DNA from: Candidatus Cloacimonadota bacterium
Lineage (GTDB): Bacteria > Cloacimonadota > Cloacimonadia > JGIOTU-2
Direction: 5' to 3'
Length of the DNA stretch: 64,000 nucleotides
NCBI GenBank assembly: GCA_049903315.1
Contig: JBNGBT010000006.1
Span: forward strand, 147,914 to 211,913
Part shown: positions 10,036-20,297 of the stretch, piece after piece
How the letters are laid out: every line of letters starts with the position of its first letter
How positions within the stretch are numbered: position 1 is the stretch's first letter
Program-made: the position numbers and the translations under genes
The notes under the pieces: generated by a model
Told to the model about the DNA's origin: nothing
What the model saw: the letters and a program-made list of their open reading frames with translations, nothing else
Databases searched by the model: none

Positions 10036-11085
10036 TCAAAAAGGGGTACAGGAATCACGCATAATTAACTGTGCTGGAAGGATTTTGTGCTCATAGTCAA
10101 GCTCATTTCCGTTAATGGAATCAATGAGCATACTGACTGCTTTTTCAGCCATAGTTCCTATTGGAGCAGCATTTGTGGTGAGTGTTGGAAAAACCTTCGA
10201 TGCAACTTCTATATCATCGAAACCAATAATGCTGATATTATTAGGAATTTGCAGACCTTTTTCTTGGATCACTTTCATTGCTCCAATAGCCATTGAATCA
10301 TTTGCGCATATTATAGCAGTGGGAGGTTTTGGTAAGGATACGAAGTAATCCCCAGCAGCTTCTCCAGATTCATAAGAGTAATCTCCTCTATAGATTAATG
10401 ATTTATCGTGTGGTGATCCGTTTGCCGATACTGCCTTTTTGTATCCGAGAAGCCTGTCCTTGGAAACGTCAGAATCCATGAGACCGGTAACAAAACCAAT
10501 GCGTTTATGCCCGAGGGATAAAAGGTATTCAGCAGATTGATAGCAGCTGTTAAAATTATCTATTGTTACAGAAGGAATAGATTTATCTGCTGCAATATTA
10601 TCAAGGAGTACGACAGGAAAATACTTTTTAACTTCTTGAATATCATCTTCAATTCTAGGAAAGCAACAGATGATGACACCATCAATCTTTTTCTGATTTT
10701 TTAGTGGGTTTAGATTATCAAAATCTGTAAACAGAGATATCGTATATCCATTCTTTCTCACAGTTTCTTCAAGTGCCTTAAAAACTAGTGAATAATATGG
10801 GCTGGAGACACCTTGTTTAATGCCTTTATCCAAGAAAAAACCGATATTCCGGGTTACTTTTGGGCTCATTTTTCTACGGCTTACAAATGTTCCTTTGGTT
10901 GTGAGTTTATGTAAAATACCTTCCTCAACCAACTCATTCACAGCCTTGCGCACCGTCATGTAGGATGCGTTAAGTTCCTTTGCAAGAACTCTTTCTCCTG
11001 GAATTTTTTCAGTATAGTTTCCATTCTGAATATCTTCTTTAATCTTATCCTTTATATTCACGTATTTTAGAGTAGGTTTGCTCAT
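10036..11085 (-). CDS. GntR-HTH + LacI-type sugar-binding repressor (AraR-like architecture)
   Basis: KIPGERVLAKELNASYMTVRKAV...KGTFV HTH; VTIDNF, LGHKRIGF, ANDSMAIG, SIIGFDD, PTLTT motifs. Confidence 0.92.
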   Translation of the reverse strand: MSKPTLKYVNIKDKIKEDIQNGNYTEKIPGERVLAKELNASYMTVRKAVNELVEEGILHKLTTKGTFVSRRKMSPKVTRNIGFFLDKGIKQGVSSPYYSLVFKALEETVRKNGYTISLFTDFDNLNPLKNQKKIDGVIICCFPRIEDDIQEVKKYFPVVLLDNIAADKSIPSVTIDNFNSCYQSAEYLLSLGHKRIGFVTGLMDSDVSKDRLLGYKKAVSANGSPHDKSLIYRGDYSYESGEAAGDYFVSLPKPPTAIICANDSMAIGAMKVIQEKGLQIPNNISIIGFDDIEVASKVFPTLTTNAAPIGTMAEKAVSMLIDSINGNELDYEHKILPAQLIMRDSCTPF

Positions 11086-11364
11086 CGAGATCCTTATATT
11101 CTTATTTATTAATAATATTATTTATTATATTTGATTCATTAATAATATAGCAGAAGAAAATTCCACGGCTGATATTATAGTGAAATAATTATCATTGCTA
11201 TAGATCATATGGATACTAAAAAAGAATTTCAAATATAATTTAGTCAAGTAAACAATAAATAAATGTTTTTGATAAATATGCTATTATATCTATAGATATT
11301 GGATGCCAATTGATTGTTTGTAAGGGAACGATGAAGATAATTTTTTAAGTTTTTCTAAAAAAAA

Positions 11365-11408
11365 TTGACAAAAGAATTTGAAATTAATAGAAATTGCTAT
11401 ATAGCATT
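11365..11408 (+). promoter_or_regulatory. Promoter (TTGACA) plus operator ATTGCTATATAGCATT of the GH16-GH3 operon
   Basis: TTGACA 11365-11370; operator 11393-11408, the exact reverse complement of 9908-9923. Confidence 0.8.
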
Positions 11409-11452
11409 GATAGCTCGAAATAAAAAAATACTTCAATAAAGGGAGTTTAGCA

Positions 11453-14434
11453 ATGAGAAATATAAGTTTTGTTTTGATTGCTGTGTGTTTAATTATACTT
11501 TTTAATGGATGCGATAGGATCACTGATCCTGACCCGATACCAGATCCTACACCTTCAGCCGATTATGAATTAGTATGGTCGGATGAGTTCGATCAGAGGG
11601 CAACCACTCTTGATGAAAGTAAATGGAATTACGATCTTGGCTATGGTAATGAAGGGTGGGGAAATGATGAATGGCAACTGTATACTGACGATGTAGAAAA
11701 TATTAAAGTAGAAAATGGCAATATGGTTATTACTGCGGTCTGGGATTCAACACAATTTCTCGAACCTGGAAAACGAGACGGTTCCATCACTTCTGCTCGT
11801 GTTAATACAAAAAACAAATTTTCTATGAAATATGGAAAAATTCAGGCACGAATAAAACCTCCTACGGGTAATGGGATGTGGCCTGCGTTCTGGATGCTTG
11901 GAAATGATTATGATGTTGTTGGCTGGCCCCATTGTGGAGAAATAGATATCATGGAAATAAGTCCGTTTATCTACAATGACAAAACTGCTATGTTTACTTT
12001 ACATTGGTGGGATGATGTGGACTCGACTAATGCATCTTATGGTACTACAAAACTATTCAATGTCTCATTATCAGATGATTATCATATCTTCGAGGTTGAA
12101 TGGGATCAGCAAAGGATCATCGGCAAAGTTGATGGAATCATGTATTTCGTAAAAGTGCTTGAACAGGGAACGATGGATGAGTTTTTCCGAAAATTCTTTA
12201 TTATATTAAACATTGCTGTTGGTGGATCCCTGGGTGGACCTCCAGATGCAACCACTGAGTGGCCTCAACATATGTATGTAGATTGGATCAGAGCTTATCA
12301 AAAAGCTGAGAAACCAATTGAAACCTTTGGTATCTTTACTGATCTTACTCCTGTTGATGATGGTTTGACGATCGGTGTAGATGCTGAAATATATGTGTGG
12401 GAAAATACCCTTACAACAGGGACGATACCACCTTATGAAGGGGATAATGTGATATCCTGGGCAACAACCGGAGCTGGATGGTTTGGTGGTGGAATAAGCT
12501 CTAATCTGCCAGCAGATCTATCCCTTTTCGAAGGTGGAAATGTTAAATTTATGATAAAGATTCCTGCAGATGTAAATTTTAAGATCGGGATCAATGACTT
12601 GCAAGGTATAGAGAATTACGTAAACTTCCCTGCCAATCAAACAACATACGGTTTAGTGAGAGATGGTGAATGGGGACGAGCAACAATTCCAGTAGAAGAC
12701 ATTAAGGGTGGGGTTGATCTTGAAATGCTGAAATATGAATTCATCATTCTTGAGCAAAACGGTGCTCAATGTGAATTTGCACTGGATGACATCTATTGGG
12801 ATGGTGGTGGTACCGCAATCAGCAACGTTCATTTTGATGAAGATACCTACACAACCGATGCAACAAATGCAACTATTTCTGTGCTTGATGAAGGAGCTGC
12901 TGATTCGCTTGTTTTCGTTACTGTTGATAACGGGACAGACACCATTAGCATAAACATCACGCTCAATGGAAGCGGTAATGGAACAGGAACATTGAATTTT
13001 GGTCCCACAAGTGATGAAACTGATACCATCGAAATACAAGATGGTGATACACTTACCGTCACCTACTTTGATGCGCAGGGAAATGTAAAAACAGATACTG
13101 CAAGTATAGTGACCGGAGAGATCGAAACATTCGGAATATTCACTGACCTTACTCCTGTGGATGCTGGTATACACGTAGGTGAAAATGCGGAAATATATGT
13201 GTGGGAAGGAACGCTTACAGCTGGAACTATCCCACCATATGAAGGAGATAATGTTATCTCTTGGGAAACCACAGGATTGGGATGGTTCGGTGGAGGAATT
13301 GCATCATATCAGCCAGTTGATCTGTCTGGTTTTGAACCGGGATATATTAAATTCATGATTAAAATTCCGGCTAATGTCACTTTTAAGATCGGTATCAATG
13401 ATACACAAGGACATGAAAACTATGTCGAATTCCCGGCAAATCAAACAACTTATAATCTTATAAGAAATGGAGAATGGGGACAGGCTGCAATACCGGTAGT
13501 TGATATCAAAGGTAGCGTTAATCTGGAAATGTTAAATTATGAGTTTATGATCTTAGAACAAAACGGAACTCAATGTGCATTTGGAATAGATGACATCTAC
13601 TGGGATAAAACTGGAGTACCTTTTAGCAATGTAAGTTTTAATTCCGCGAGTTACTTGATTGATGATACTGGAGCCATGATAACAGTTATCGATGAATTAG
13701 CGGTAAACAGTCTTGTTACAGTTACGGTGGATAATGGCACTGAAACGATCTCAGTAGATGTTCAGCTTGATGCTGCGGGTGAAGGTTCTTCAAACATAAA
13801 TTTTGGTCCCACAAATGATGACACCGATACTATTGCGATAACTGAAGGTGGAACAATTACGGTTACGTATATTGACAACAATGGTATTACAATAACTGAT
13901 TCTGCTGACATTGAAAACGGATCTGGTTCAGAAACTGCAGGAATTTACTCAGAATCACACACTGATCCGATGATTCCATATTCTCAGATCATCAACAGTG
14001 CTGACTGGAGTGGAAATTCTACCGTGCCCGATGAACAAGGTACGGCAGTAACACCAGTAGATGGGACATACGTTCTTTCTGTAAATTTCGAAGCAGGTGG
14101 AGCTACATATGGTGGTATATCTTTTGATTTCGGAAGTGCTGATATCTCATCTTATGAAACCCTGATCTTAAGTATTGATAAATCAGCTATGTCTGGTCTT
14201 GTACATTTAGGTGTTAAATTGGAGGATAACTCAGCGGGTAATACTGAGGTGAACATCTCATCATACACACCGACGATCAAGGGGAACTGGGCAACATATG
14301 AGATTCCATTATCACATTTCACAGTTCCTGATCTTACAGATCTTAAATACCTTGGACTCTGGAACCCCAAAGATAGTGGAAATAATCTGCTTTTCAGCAC
14401 GCTCTATTTCGATGATATGTATTTAGAACAATAA
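11453..14434 (+). CDS. GH16 endo-beta-1,3-glucanase (laminarinase) lipoprotein with duplicated CBM-like/Ig modules
   Basis: Lipobox FNGC; LVWSDEF, WPAFWMLG, catalytic EIDIME; 268-aa tandem duplication starting at 12320 and 13124. Confidence 0.92.
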   Translation: MRNISFVLIAVCLIILFNGCDRITDPDPIPDPTPSADYELVWSDEFDQRATTLDESKWNYDLGYGNEGWGNDEWQLYTDDVENIKVENGNMVITAVWDSTQFLEPGKRDGSITSARVNTKNKFSMKYGKIQARIKPPTGNGMWPAFWMLGNDYDVVGWPHCGEIDIMEISPFIYNDKTAMFTLHWWDDVDSTNASYGTTKLFNVSLSDDYHIFEVEWDQQRIIGKVDGIMYFVKVLEQGTMDEFFRKFFIILNIAVGGSLGGPPDATTEWPQHMYVDWIRAYQKAEKPIETFGIFTDLTPVDDGLTIGVDAEIYVWENTLTTGTIPPYEGDNVISWATTGAGWFGGGISSNLPADLSLFEGGNVKFMIKIPADVNFKIGINDLQGIENYVNFPANQTTYGLVRDGEWGRATIPVEDIKGGVDLEMLKYEFIILEQNGAQCEFALDDIYWDGGGTAISNVHFDEDTYTTDATNATISVLDEGAADSLVFVTVDNGTDTISINITLNGSGNGTGTLNFGPTSDETDTIEIQDGDTLTVTYFDAQGNVKTDTASIVTGEIETFGIFTDLTPVDAGIHVGENAEIYVWEGTLTAGTIPPYEGDNVISWETTGLGWFGGGIASYQPVDLSGFEPGYIKFMIKIPANVTFKIGINDTQGHENYVEFPANQTTYNLIRNGEWGQAAIPVVDIKGSVNLEMLNYEFMILEQNGTQCAFGIDDIYWDKTGVPFSNVSFNSASYLIDDTGAMITVIDELAVNSLVTVTVDNGTETISVDVQLDAAGEGSSNINFGPTNDDTDTIAITEGGTITVTYIDNNGITITDSADIENGSGSETAGIYSESHTDPMIPYSQIINSADWSGNSTVPDEQGTAVTPVDGTYVLSVNFEAGGATYGGISFDFGSADISSYETLILSIDKSAMSGLVHLGVKLEDNSAGNTEVNISSYTPTIKGNWATYEIPLSHFTVPDLTDLKYLGLWNPKDSGNNLLFSTLYFDDMYLEQ

Positions 14435-14451
14435 TAAAAAAGGATAAATTG

Positions 14452-15918
14452 ATGAAAAGAGAAAGAGTTGAATCATCTAATAGCAGAAATTTAGTACCAT
14501 TTGGACAGAAAGTTTCTTTTGGATTAGGAATGTTTGCCAATCAAATGTTTCCTGCTGTCCTGGGTATATTTATGGTGGTCTTGGTCCAGGATCTGGGCTT
14601 CCCGGGCTGGATGTGGGGAATTTTATTTTTCCTGCCAAGGATATTTGACGCGATTACGGATCCCATCATGGGTTTTATTTCGGACAACACCAGATCAAAA
14701 TGGGGCAGACGAAGACAGTATGTCTTTATTGGTGCCATCATCATAGGCGTTGCTTTTGTTGTTATGTGGCAGTTGTACAGTGAGAATGGAGTAAATTACA
14801 ACTTTATTTATTTCCTTCTCTTTTCATTTGTTTTTTATCTAGGTCTAACTATTTTTAGTGTGCCTTACGTTGCCATGGGCTATGAAATGAGCAGCGATTA
14901 CCACGAACGCACAAGCATTATGGCCGTTGCCCAATGGATCGGCCAGTGGGCCTGGGTTATTGCTCCCTGGTTTTGGGTTATCATGTACAATCAGAAGTGG
15001 TTCCCGTCAGCTGATGTCGCTACAAGGAAACTTGCGGTATGGGTGGGGATCATTTGTATGTTGTTTGCTATGGTTCCAGCATTATTTCTGAAAAGCAGAT
15101 CTACAGTTCATGAACACTACTCTCCTCTTAACTTAAAATCAATCAAGGGTAGTTTATTAGAAATTTTTTCAAACTTTAAGGAAGCATTTAAGATTCCTCA
15201 GTTTGTAAAATTATGTTTATCAACGTTTTTTATATTTAATGCATTTAATACTATTGCAGCGTTTTCATTCTTTATCATAGTCTATTATTTGTTTAGTGGA
15301 AATGCAGGGGCTGCTGGAGTTTGGCCTACACTTTTCGGTAGCTTGGCTTCATTAGTAACTACTTTTTTAGTTATTCCCATTGTTGCCCGTATGTCCAGGC
15401 TATTGGGCAAAAAAAGAGCGTTCATCGTATCGCAGAGCATATCAATCATCGGATATATTCTGTTGTGGTTTCTTTTTGTTCCAGGGAAACCTTACATGTT
15501 TATCCTAGCGCTTCCTTTCTTTTCCTTTGGAATTGGAAGTTTATTTACCTTGATGATGTCGATGACTTCAGATGTGATGGATCTGGATGAGTTAAATTCT
15601 GGAAAACGTCGTGAAGGGGTATTTGGTGCTATTTATTGGTGGATGGTCAAGTTTGGCTTCGCTATCGCAGGATTATTAAGTGGTGTTATTATGTCAGTAG
15701 TAGGATTTGATGCCAGTGCTGCTACGCAAACTGAGGGTGCCATAATAGGATTGAGGATTTTTTATTCCGGATTGCCAATACTGGGTACGCTTACCGCCAT
15801 TTTACTGATGCGTAAATATGATTTAACTGAAGAACGTGCAAATGAGATTCGAGCTGAACTGGAAAAACGTCACGCTCAGAAAACTGAAGTTGAAGAACTC
15901 GATTTAGAGAAATCTTAG
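14452..15918 (+). CDS. MFS glycoside-pentoside-hexuronide (GPH) family sugar:cation symporter
   Basis: DAITDPIMGFISDNTRSKWGRRR and DELNSGKRREG motifs; about 12 hydrophobic segments. Confidence 0.92.
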   Translation: MKRERVESSNSRNLVPFGQKVSFGLGMFANQMFPAVLGIFMVVLVQDLGFPGWMWGILFFLPRIFDAITDPIMGFISDNTRSKWGRRRQYVFIGAIIIGVAFVVMWQLYSENGVNYNFIYFLLFSFVFYLGLTIFSVPYVAMGYEMSSDYHERTSIMAVAQWIGQWAWVIAPWFWVIMYNQKWFPSADVATRKLAVWVGIICMLFAMVPALFLKSRSTVHEHYSPLNLKSIKGSLLEIFSNFKEAFKIPQFVKLCLSTFFIFNAFNTIAAFSFFIIVYYLFSGNAGAAGVWPTLFGSLASLVTTFLVIPIVARMSRLLGKKRAFIVSQSISIIGYILLWFLFVPGKPYMFILALPFFSFGIGSLFTLMMSMTSDVMDLDELNSGKRREGVFGAIYWWMVKFGFAIAGLLSGVIMSVVGFDASAATQTEGAIIGLRIFYSGLPILGTLTAILLMRKYDLTEERANEIRAELEKRHAQKTEVEELDLEKS

Positions 15919-15928
15919 GATATATTAG

Positions 15929-17605
15929 ATGCGAAAGAATATATTTAAAACATTAGTTTTCAGTATTCTTTTAATATCACTTTTCGGTTGTGGAGTAAAT
16001 AGTAGTAAAAAACTTAACTCCACATCCGAAATTTTGCTTACTTCAGCTACTGGAGAAAAACTTGCAGAACAAAAAAATGTTAGTTTTCAATCTGGAAAGG
16101 CAACCGGAAATGTAATACAAATCTTTCCTGATAGCTTAAAACAAACTATCGAAGGCATCGGCAGTTCTTTCACAGAATCTTCTGCTTTTGTTTTAGCTCA
16201 TCTGGATGAACAGAAAAGACAGGAAGTGATGGAAAATATCTACGGGGAAAATGGAGCAAATTTCTCTTTGACCCGTACACATATCGGAGCTTGCGATTTT
16301 ACAGTTAAAGGCAAATATTCCTATGATGATGTAACAGGTGATACAGAATTGAAAAGCTTCAGTATCGAAGAAGATTTAGCGGGATTCCAGAAATCTGAAT
16401 TTCCGAAAATTCAAGATGAGAAGTTTGATCTTCTACCGATGATCAAACAGGCTTTGGAGATTAAAGCAAATCAGAAAGACCATGAACTCAGAATAATTGC
16501 TTCAGCCTGGACAGCTCCTCCCTGGATGAAGGATATCGAAGAATGGTATATTCCTGGTTCTGAGGAAAACAACTGGCAGGGAACTGGCGGAGCACTCAAA
16601 CCGGAATATTATTCTACATATGCAGATTACATTTCAAATTATCTCAATGCATACAAAGTAAGTGGTGTAGATATTTGGGGAATAACACCTGTAAATGAAC
16701 CACATGGCAATAATGGGCAGTGGGAAAGTATGCACTTCTCACCAGAAACACAAAATGAATTTATTAAGAAATGTTTGGGTCCCAGATTAAGAGAAAGTGA
16801 TCTCGCCGATGTAAAACTACTCATTTATGATCAAAATCGTGATGGACTTGAACATTGGGCTGAGGTGATCCTTTCAGATCCGGAAACCCAACCTTACGTG
16901 TATGGAGCAGCAGTACACTGGTATGAGAGTACTTATAAAGTGTATGAAGATGTTTTGGATCGAGTGCATGATAAATATCCTCAATACAAAATTATTCATA
17001 CTGAAGGATGCATTGATGATCTCGGTAAAGACCCACCAAATGGTGTAACTGACCCGGTGGGATACAAAGAAAAAAATTGGTTCAATAATGATGAATTCTG
17101 GTGGAACAAAAATGCTACTGATTGGGCTTATTCAGTTACCTGGCAGGGAGTGAATGCTGACGATCATCCTATTTATGTGCCAGTTCATAGGTATGCACGA
17201 AATATCATTGTGAGTATCGATCACTGGGTAAGTGGTTGGATCGATTGGAATATTATTCTTGATAAACAAGGTGGACCAAATCATGTAGGAAATTTCTGTG
17301 GTGCACCCATCATGATAGATACTGATGCAAGGAAGGTCTATTATACACCAATCTTTTATGTGCTTGCTCAATTCAGCCGTACGATCCGACCTGGAGATAA
17401 AGCAGTCGCAATAGAGCAATATACACCAGGACTTAGCGAGGATGATATGCATGCTTGTGCCACTATTAATGAAGACAATATGTTGAGCGTGCAACTTTTA
17501 AATACGACAACTAGAGCCATTACATATAATTTACAGATACATGATAAGTATGCAGAGATCATGATCGACGCAAATTCAGTTCAAACTGTACAGGTTCAAC
17601 TTTAG
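15929..17605 (+). CDS. GH30 (subfamily 1-like) glycosidase lipoprotein, probable beta-1,6-glucosidase/glucanase
   Basis: Lipobox LFGC; ASAWTAPPWMK, NEP, HWY, TEGC, WIDWN..LD..GGPNH motifs. Confidence 0.88.
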   Translation: MRKNIFKTLVFSILLISLFGCGVNSSKKLNSTSEILLTSATGEKLAEQKNVSFQSGKATGNVIQIFPDSLKQTIEGIGSSFTESSAFVLAHLDEQKRQEVMENIYGENGANFSLTRTHIGACDFTVKGKYSYDDVTGDTELKSFSIEEDLAGFQKSEFPKIQDEKFDLLPMIKQALEIKANQKDHELRIIASAWTAPPWMKDIEEWYIPGSEENNWQGTGGALKPEYYSTYADYISNYLNAYKVSGVDIWGITPVNEPHGNNGQWESMHFSPETQNEFIKKCLGPRLRESDLADVKLLIYDQNRDGLEHWAEVILSDPETQPYVYGAAVHWYESTYKVYEDVLDRVHDKYPQYKIIHTEGCIDDLGKDPPNGVTDPVGYKEKNWFNNDEFWWNKNATDWAYSVTWQGVNADDHPIYVPVHRYARNIIVSIDHWVSGWIDWNIILDKQGGPNHVGNFCGAPIMIDTDARKVYYTPIFYVLAQFSRTIRPGDKAVAIEQYTPGLSEDDMHACATINEDNMLSVQLLNTTTRAITYNLQIHDKYAEIMIDANSVQTVQVQL

Positions 17606-17614
17606 AGAGTTACT

Positions 17615-18730
17615 ATGAGAAAGTATGTATTACTAATCCTGCTCATAACAATTTCAGTAATGATATTGATTTCATGCAGCACGAGTACAACTCTCGAACA
17701 AATTCGAACAAAACTGGAATCCAAAGAGCAATTTGAGCAAAAAGATCCAACATCAATACGCGAATTTGAGCCTTACCTGAATGGAAGTTGGATTGGGAAT
17801 GCTGTTGCCTATAGTTGTTATCGGGGAGGACAAGCACCAGGAATCAAGGGACCGACAAAACAAGAGATCCTCGAAGATTTGAAGCTCATAAAAAAGTATT
17901 GGAATTTAATTCGCATCTACAATGCCGATGACGATGCTGAACGTATCCTGAGTGTTATCCAGGAACATGATCTTTCGATTAAGGTTATGCTGGGTGTATG
18001 GCTCGAGAATGAAGAGGAAGATTCTGTTAAAAGAGAAAATAACATAACCAATGTAGTGAGATCAATTGAATTGACTAATAAATATCCTGGAATAATTATC
18101 GCTGTTAATGTGGGTAATGAGACACAAGTTTTTTGGTCCTGGCATAGAATGAATACGCAAAACCTGATCCACTATATCAGAGCGGTTAGAAATAATATCA
18201 CACTTCCTGTTACTACTGCAGATGATTACAATTTTTGGAACAAACCAGAGAGTGAAATTATAGCAGATGAAGTTGATTTTATCGTTACTCATATTTACCC
18301 CTTATGGAATGGGAAGACATTGAATAATGCAATTCTATGGTTGGATTCAATATATCAAGATGTACAGAGTAAACATCCCGAACAACAAATAATCTTAGGT
18401 GAAATAGGCTGGGCAACTCAATACAATCCTGATAAAAAAGGAGAGGGTGAACAAGGTTCACTTGTAAAAGGTGAAGTTAGTATTCTTGCACAGGAAAAAT
18501 TTCTAATCAATCTCAATAATTGGATTGACCAAAATCAGATTACTACTTTTCTTTTTGAGGTTTTTGATGAGCCTTGGAAAGGTGGTGGTGATAATTCAGG
18601 ACCCACCGAAATTGAAAAAAACTGGGGTGTTTTTTATGAAGATCGTACCCCGAAAGAATCATTTAAGAACTTTTTGCTATATAAAACTAGTGCAGATGGC
18701 AACATGGAATTTAATATTTTACGAAAATGA
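17615..18730 (+). CDS. GH17 beta-1,3-glucanase/glucosidase lipoprotein
   Basis: Lipobox LISC; VNVGNE, PVTTAD, HIYPLW, GEIGWAT, FDEPWK motifs. Confidence 0.88.
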   Translation: MRKYVLLILLITISVMILISCSTSTTLEQIRTKLESKEQFEQKDPTSIREFEPYLNGSWIGNAVAYSCYRGGQAPGIKGPTKQEILEDLKLIKKYWNLIRIYNADDDAERILSVIQEHDLSIKVMLGVWLENEEEDSVKRENNITNVVRSIELTNKYPGIIIAVNVGNETQVFWSWHRMNTQNLIHYIRAVRNNITLPVTTADDYNFWNKPESEIIADEVDFIVTHIYPLWNGKTLNNAILWLDSIYQDVQSKHPEQQIILGEIGWATQYNPDKKGEGEQGSLVKGEVSILAQEKFLINLNNWIDQNQITTFLFEVFDEPWKGGGDNSGPTEIEKNWGVFYEDRTPKESFKNFLLYKTSADGNMEFNILRK

Positions 18731-18846
18731 AAAGTAATACTGAATTAGAAAATCAAAATAATTCACAAATGGAATCTTTGTTTGGTGGAGACCCAATCAA
18801 GATTTCAATAACAAGAAAATATGACAAACCCTAAAAAGGAGAAAAA

Positions 18847-20196
18847 ATGAAAAAAACAATTAAGTTGTTTGTTATTACTTTGTTCTTACTCTCAATGAGC
18901 ACTATTGCGTTTGCACAAAACGCACCAATTGATTTTGAACCAGGTGGATATGGAGCTGACTGGACATGGACAGTATTTGAAAATGATACAAATCCACCAG
19001 TTGAGATCATAGCTAATCCCGATGTCTCAGATCCAAATACATCAGCAACCGTTGCAAAATTTACTACACTGCAAACAGGTCAACCCTGGGCAGGATGCGA
19101 AACATTACACGGTTCTGATATCGGAACGTTTACCCTGGACCAAACAAACTGTACAATTAAAATTATGGTCCACAAACCTGTAATCAGTGATGTAGGTATC
19201 AAATTGGTGAAACCTGATGGCTGGTCGATGGGAGAAATTAAAGTTGCGAATACCCTCGTAGATGGATGGGAAGAGCTTACATTTGACTTCTCTAGCCAAG
19301 TATCAGATGGATATGATCAAATAGTAATTTTCCCGGATTTTGATTTGGCAGGCAGAACCCAAGATAATATTTGTTATTTCGATAATATCACATTCTCTGA
19401 ACAAGTTATCCCACAAGGCCCCACCGATCCTGCCCCAACTCCAACCCATGATCCAGATGATGTATTTTCTATTTATAGTGATGCTTATACCAATCTTGCA
19501 AATACGAACTTCAATCCGAATTGGGGACAATCTACTGTTGTAACAGTAAATTATCAAGTGAGTGGAGATAACACCTTAAGATATCAAGCGCTTAATTACC
19601 AAGGAACGAACCTTGGTAGTGTTGATGGTGGAGTCCCTCAGGATGTGTCTGAATATGATTATCTTCATGTAGACTTTTGGACTACGAATGCTACAACTTT
19701 GAATTTCTTCGTAATTGATCAGATCCCAGGCGAAGTGTCTTATTCATTGCCAATAACAACTGGAGAATGGGTGAGTGTAGATATTCCTTTGAGTTATTAT
19801 TCAACTGGCGGAGAAGACCTGACTGATATACATCAATTCAAGATTGATGGTGGTGATGGTTCAAGCACAGAAGTGTGGTTTGATAACTGGTATTTCTATA
19901 AAGAGGTTGGTATTGATGATCCCGTCTCTCCAACATCTCTTCTTGTAAAGAATCATCCAAATCCTTTCAAGCAAAGTACAACGATCAAGTTCTCTTTAAC
20001 AGAACCTGGCCATGTTGAGCTTAAGGTTTATGATACCAAGGGTCGATTTGTTGAGACACTTGTTGATGATGATAGATTGCCAAATACTTATCAACTTACC
20101 TGGAATGTTGATGACGCAAAATCCGGTATTTATTTCTACCGTCTAACAGTTAATGGGAAAATGATCGATACTAAGAGTATGATCATATTGAAGTAA
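18847..20196 (+). CDS. Secreted non-catalytic glycan-binding (CBM-like) protein with T9SS/FlgD-Ig CTD
   Basis: Signal peptide; two beta-sandwich modules ending YFDNI and WFDNW; PTDPAPTP linker; NHPNPF CTD. Confidence 0.75.
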   Translation: MKKTIKLFVITLFLLSMSTIAFAQNAPIDFEPGGYGADWTWTVFENDTNPPVEIIANPDVSDPNTSATVAKFTTLQTGQPWAGCETLHGSDIGTFTLDQTNCTIKIMVHKPVISDVGIKLVKPDGWSMGEIKVANTLVDGWEELTFDFSSQVSDGYDQIVIFPDFDLAGRTQDNICYFDNITFSEQVIPQGPTDPAPTPTHDPDDVFSIYSDAYTNLANTNFNPNWGQSTVVTVNYQVSGDNTLRYQALNYQGTNLGSVDGGVPQDVSEYDYLHVDFWTTNATTLNFFVIDQIPGEVSYSLPITTGEWVSVDIPLSYYSTGGEDLTDIHQFKIDGGDGSSTEVWFDNWYFYKEVGIDDPVSPTSLLVKNHPNPFKQSTTIKFSLTEPGHVELKVYDTKGRFVETLVDDDRLPNTYQLTWNVDDAKSGIYFYRLTVNGKMIDTKSMIILK

Positions 20197-20207
20197 TAAT
20201 CAATTTT

Positions 20208-20242
20208 CAGCCGGTACATATCTTTGTGCCGGCTGTTTTTTT
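20208..20242 (+). terminator. Intrinsic terminator or attenuating hairpin inside the operon
   Basis: cagccggtac...gtgccggctg followed by T7. Confidence 0.75.
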
Positions 20243-20297
20243 AGTATTGGGTTTATTCTCAAAGTATAAGGACGAAATCTTGAATCCTGAGATTGAT

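Noticed and set aside
20226..20297. GTG start for the phosphorylase, and a GH149 assignment
   Set aside because: The GTG lies inside the terminator stem. The N-terminal motifs fit my recollection of GH161 rather than GH149.
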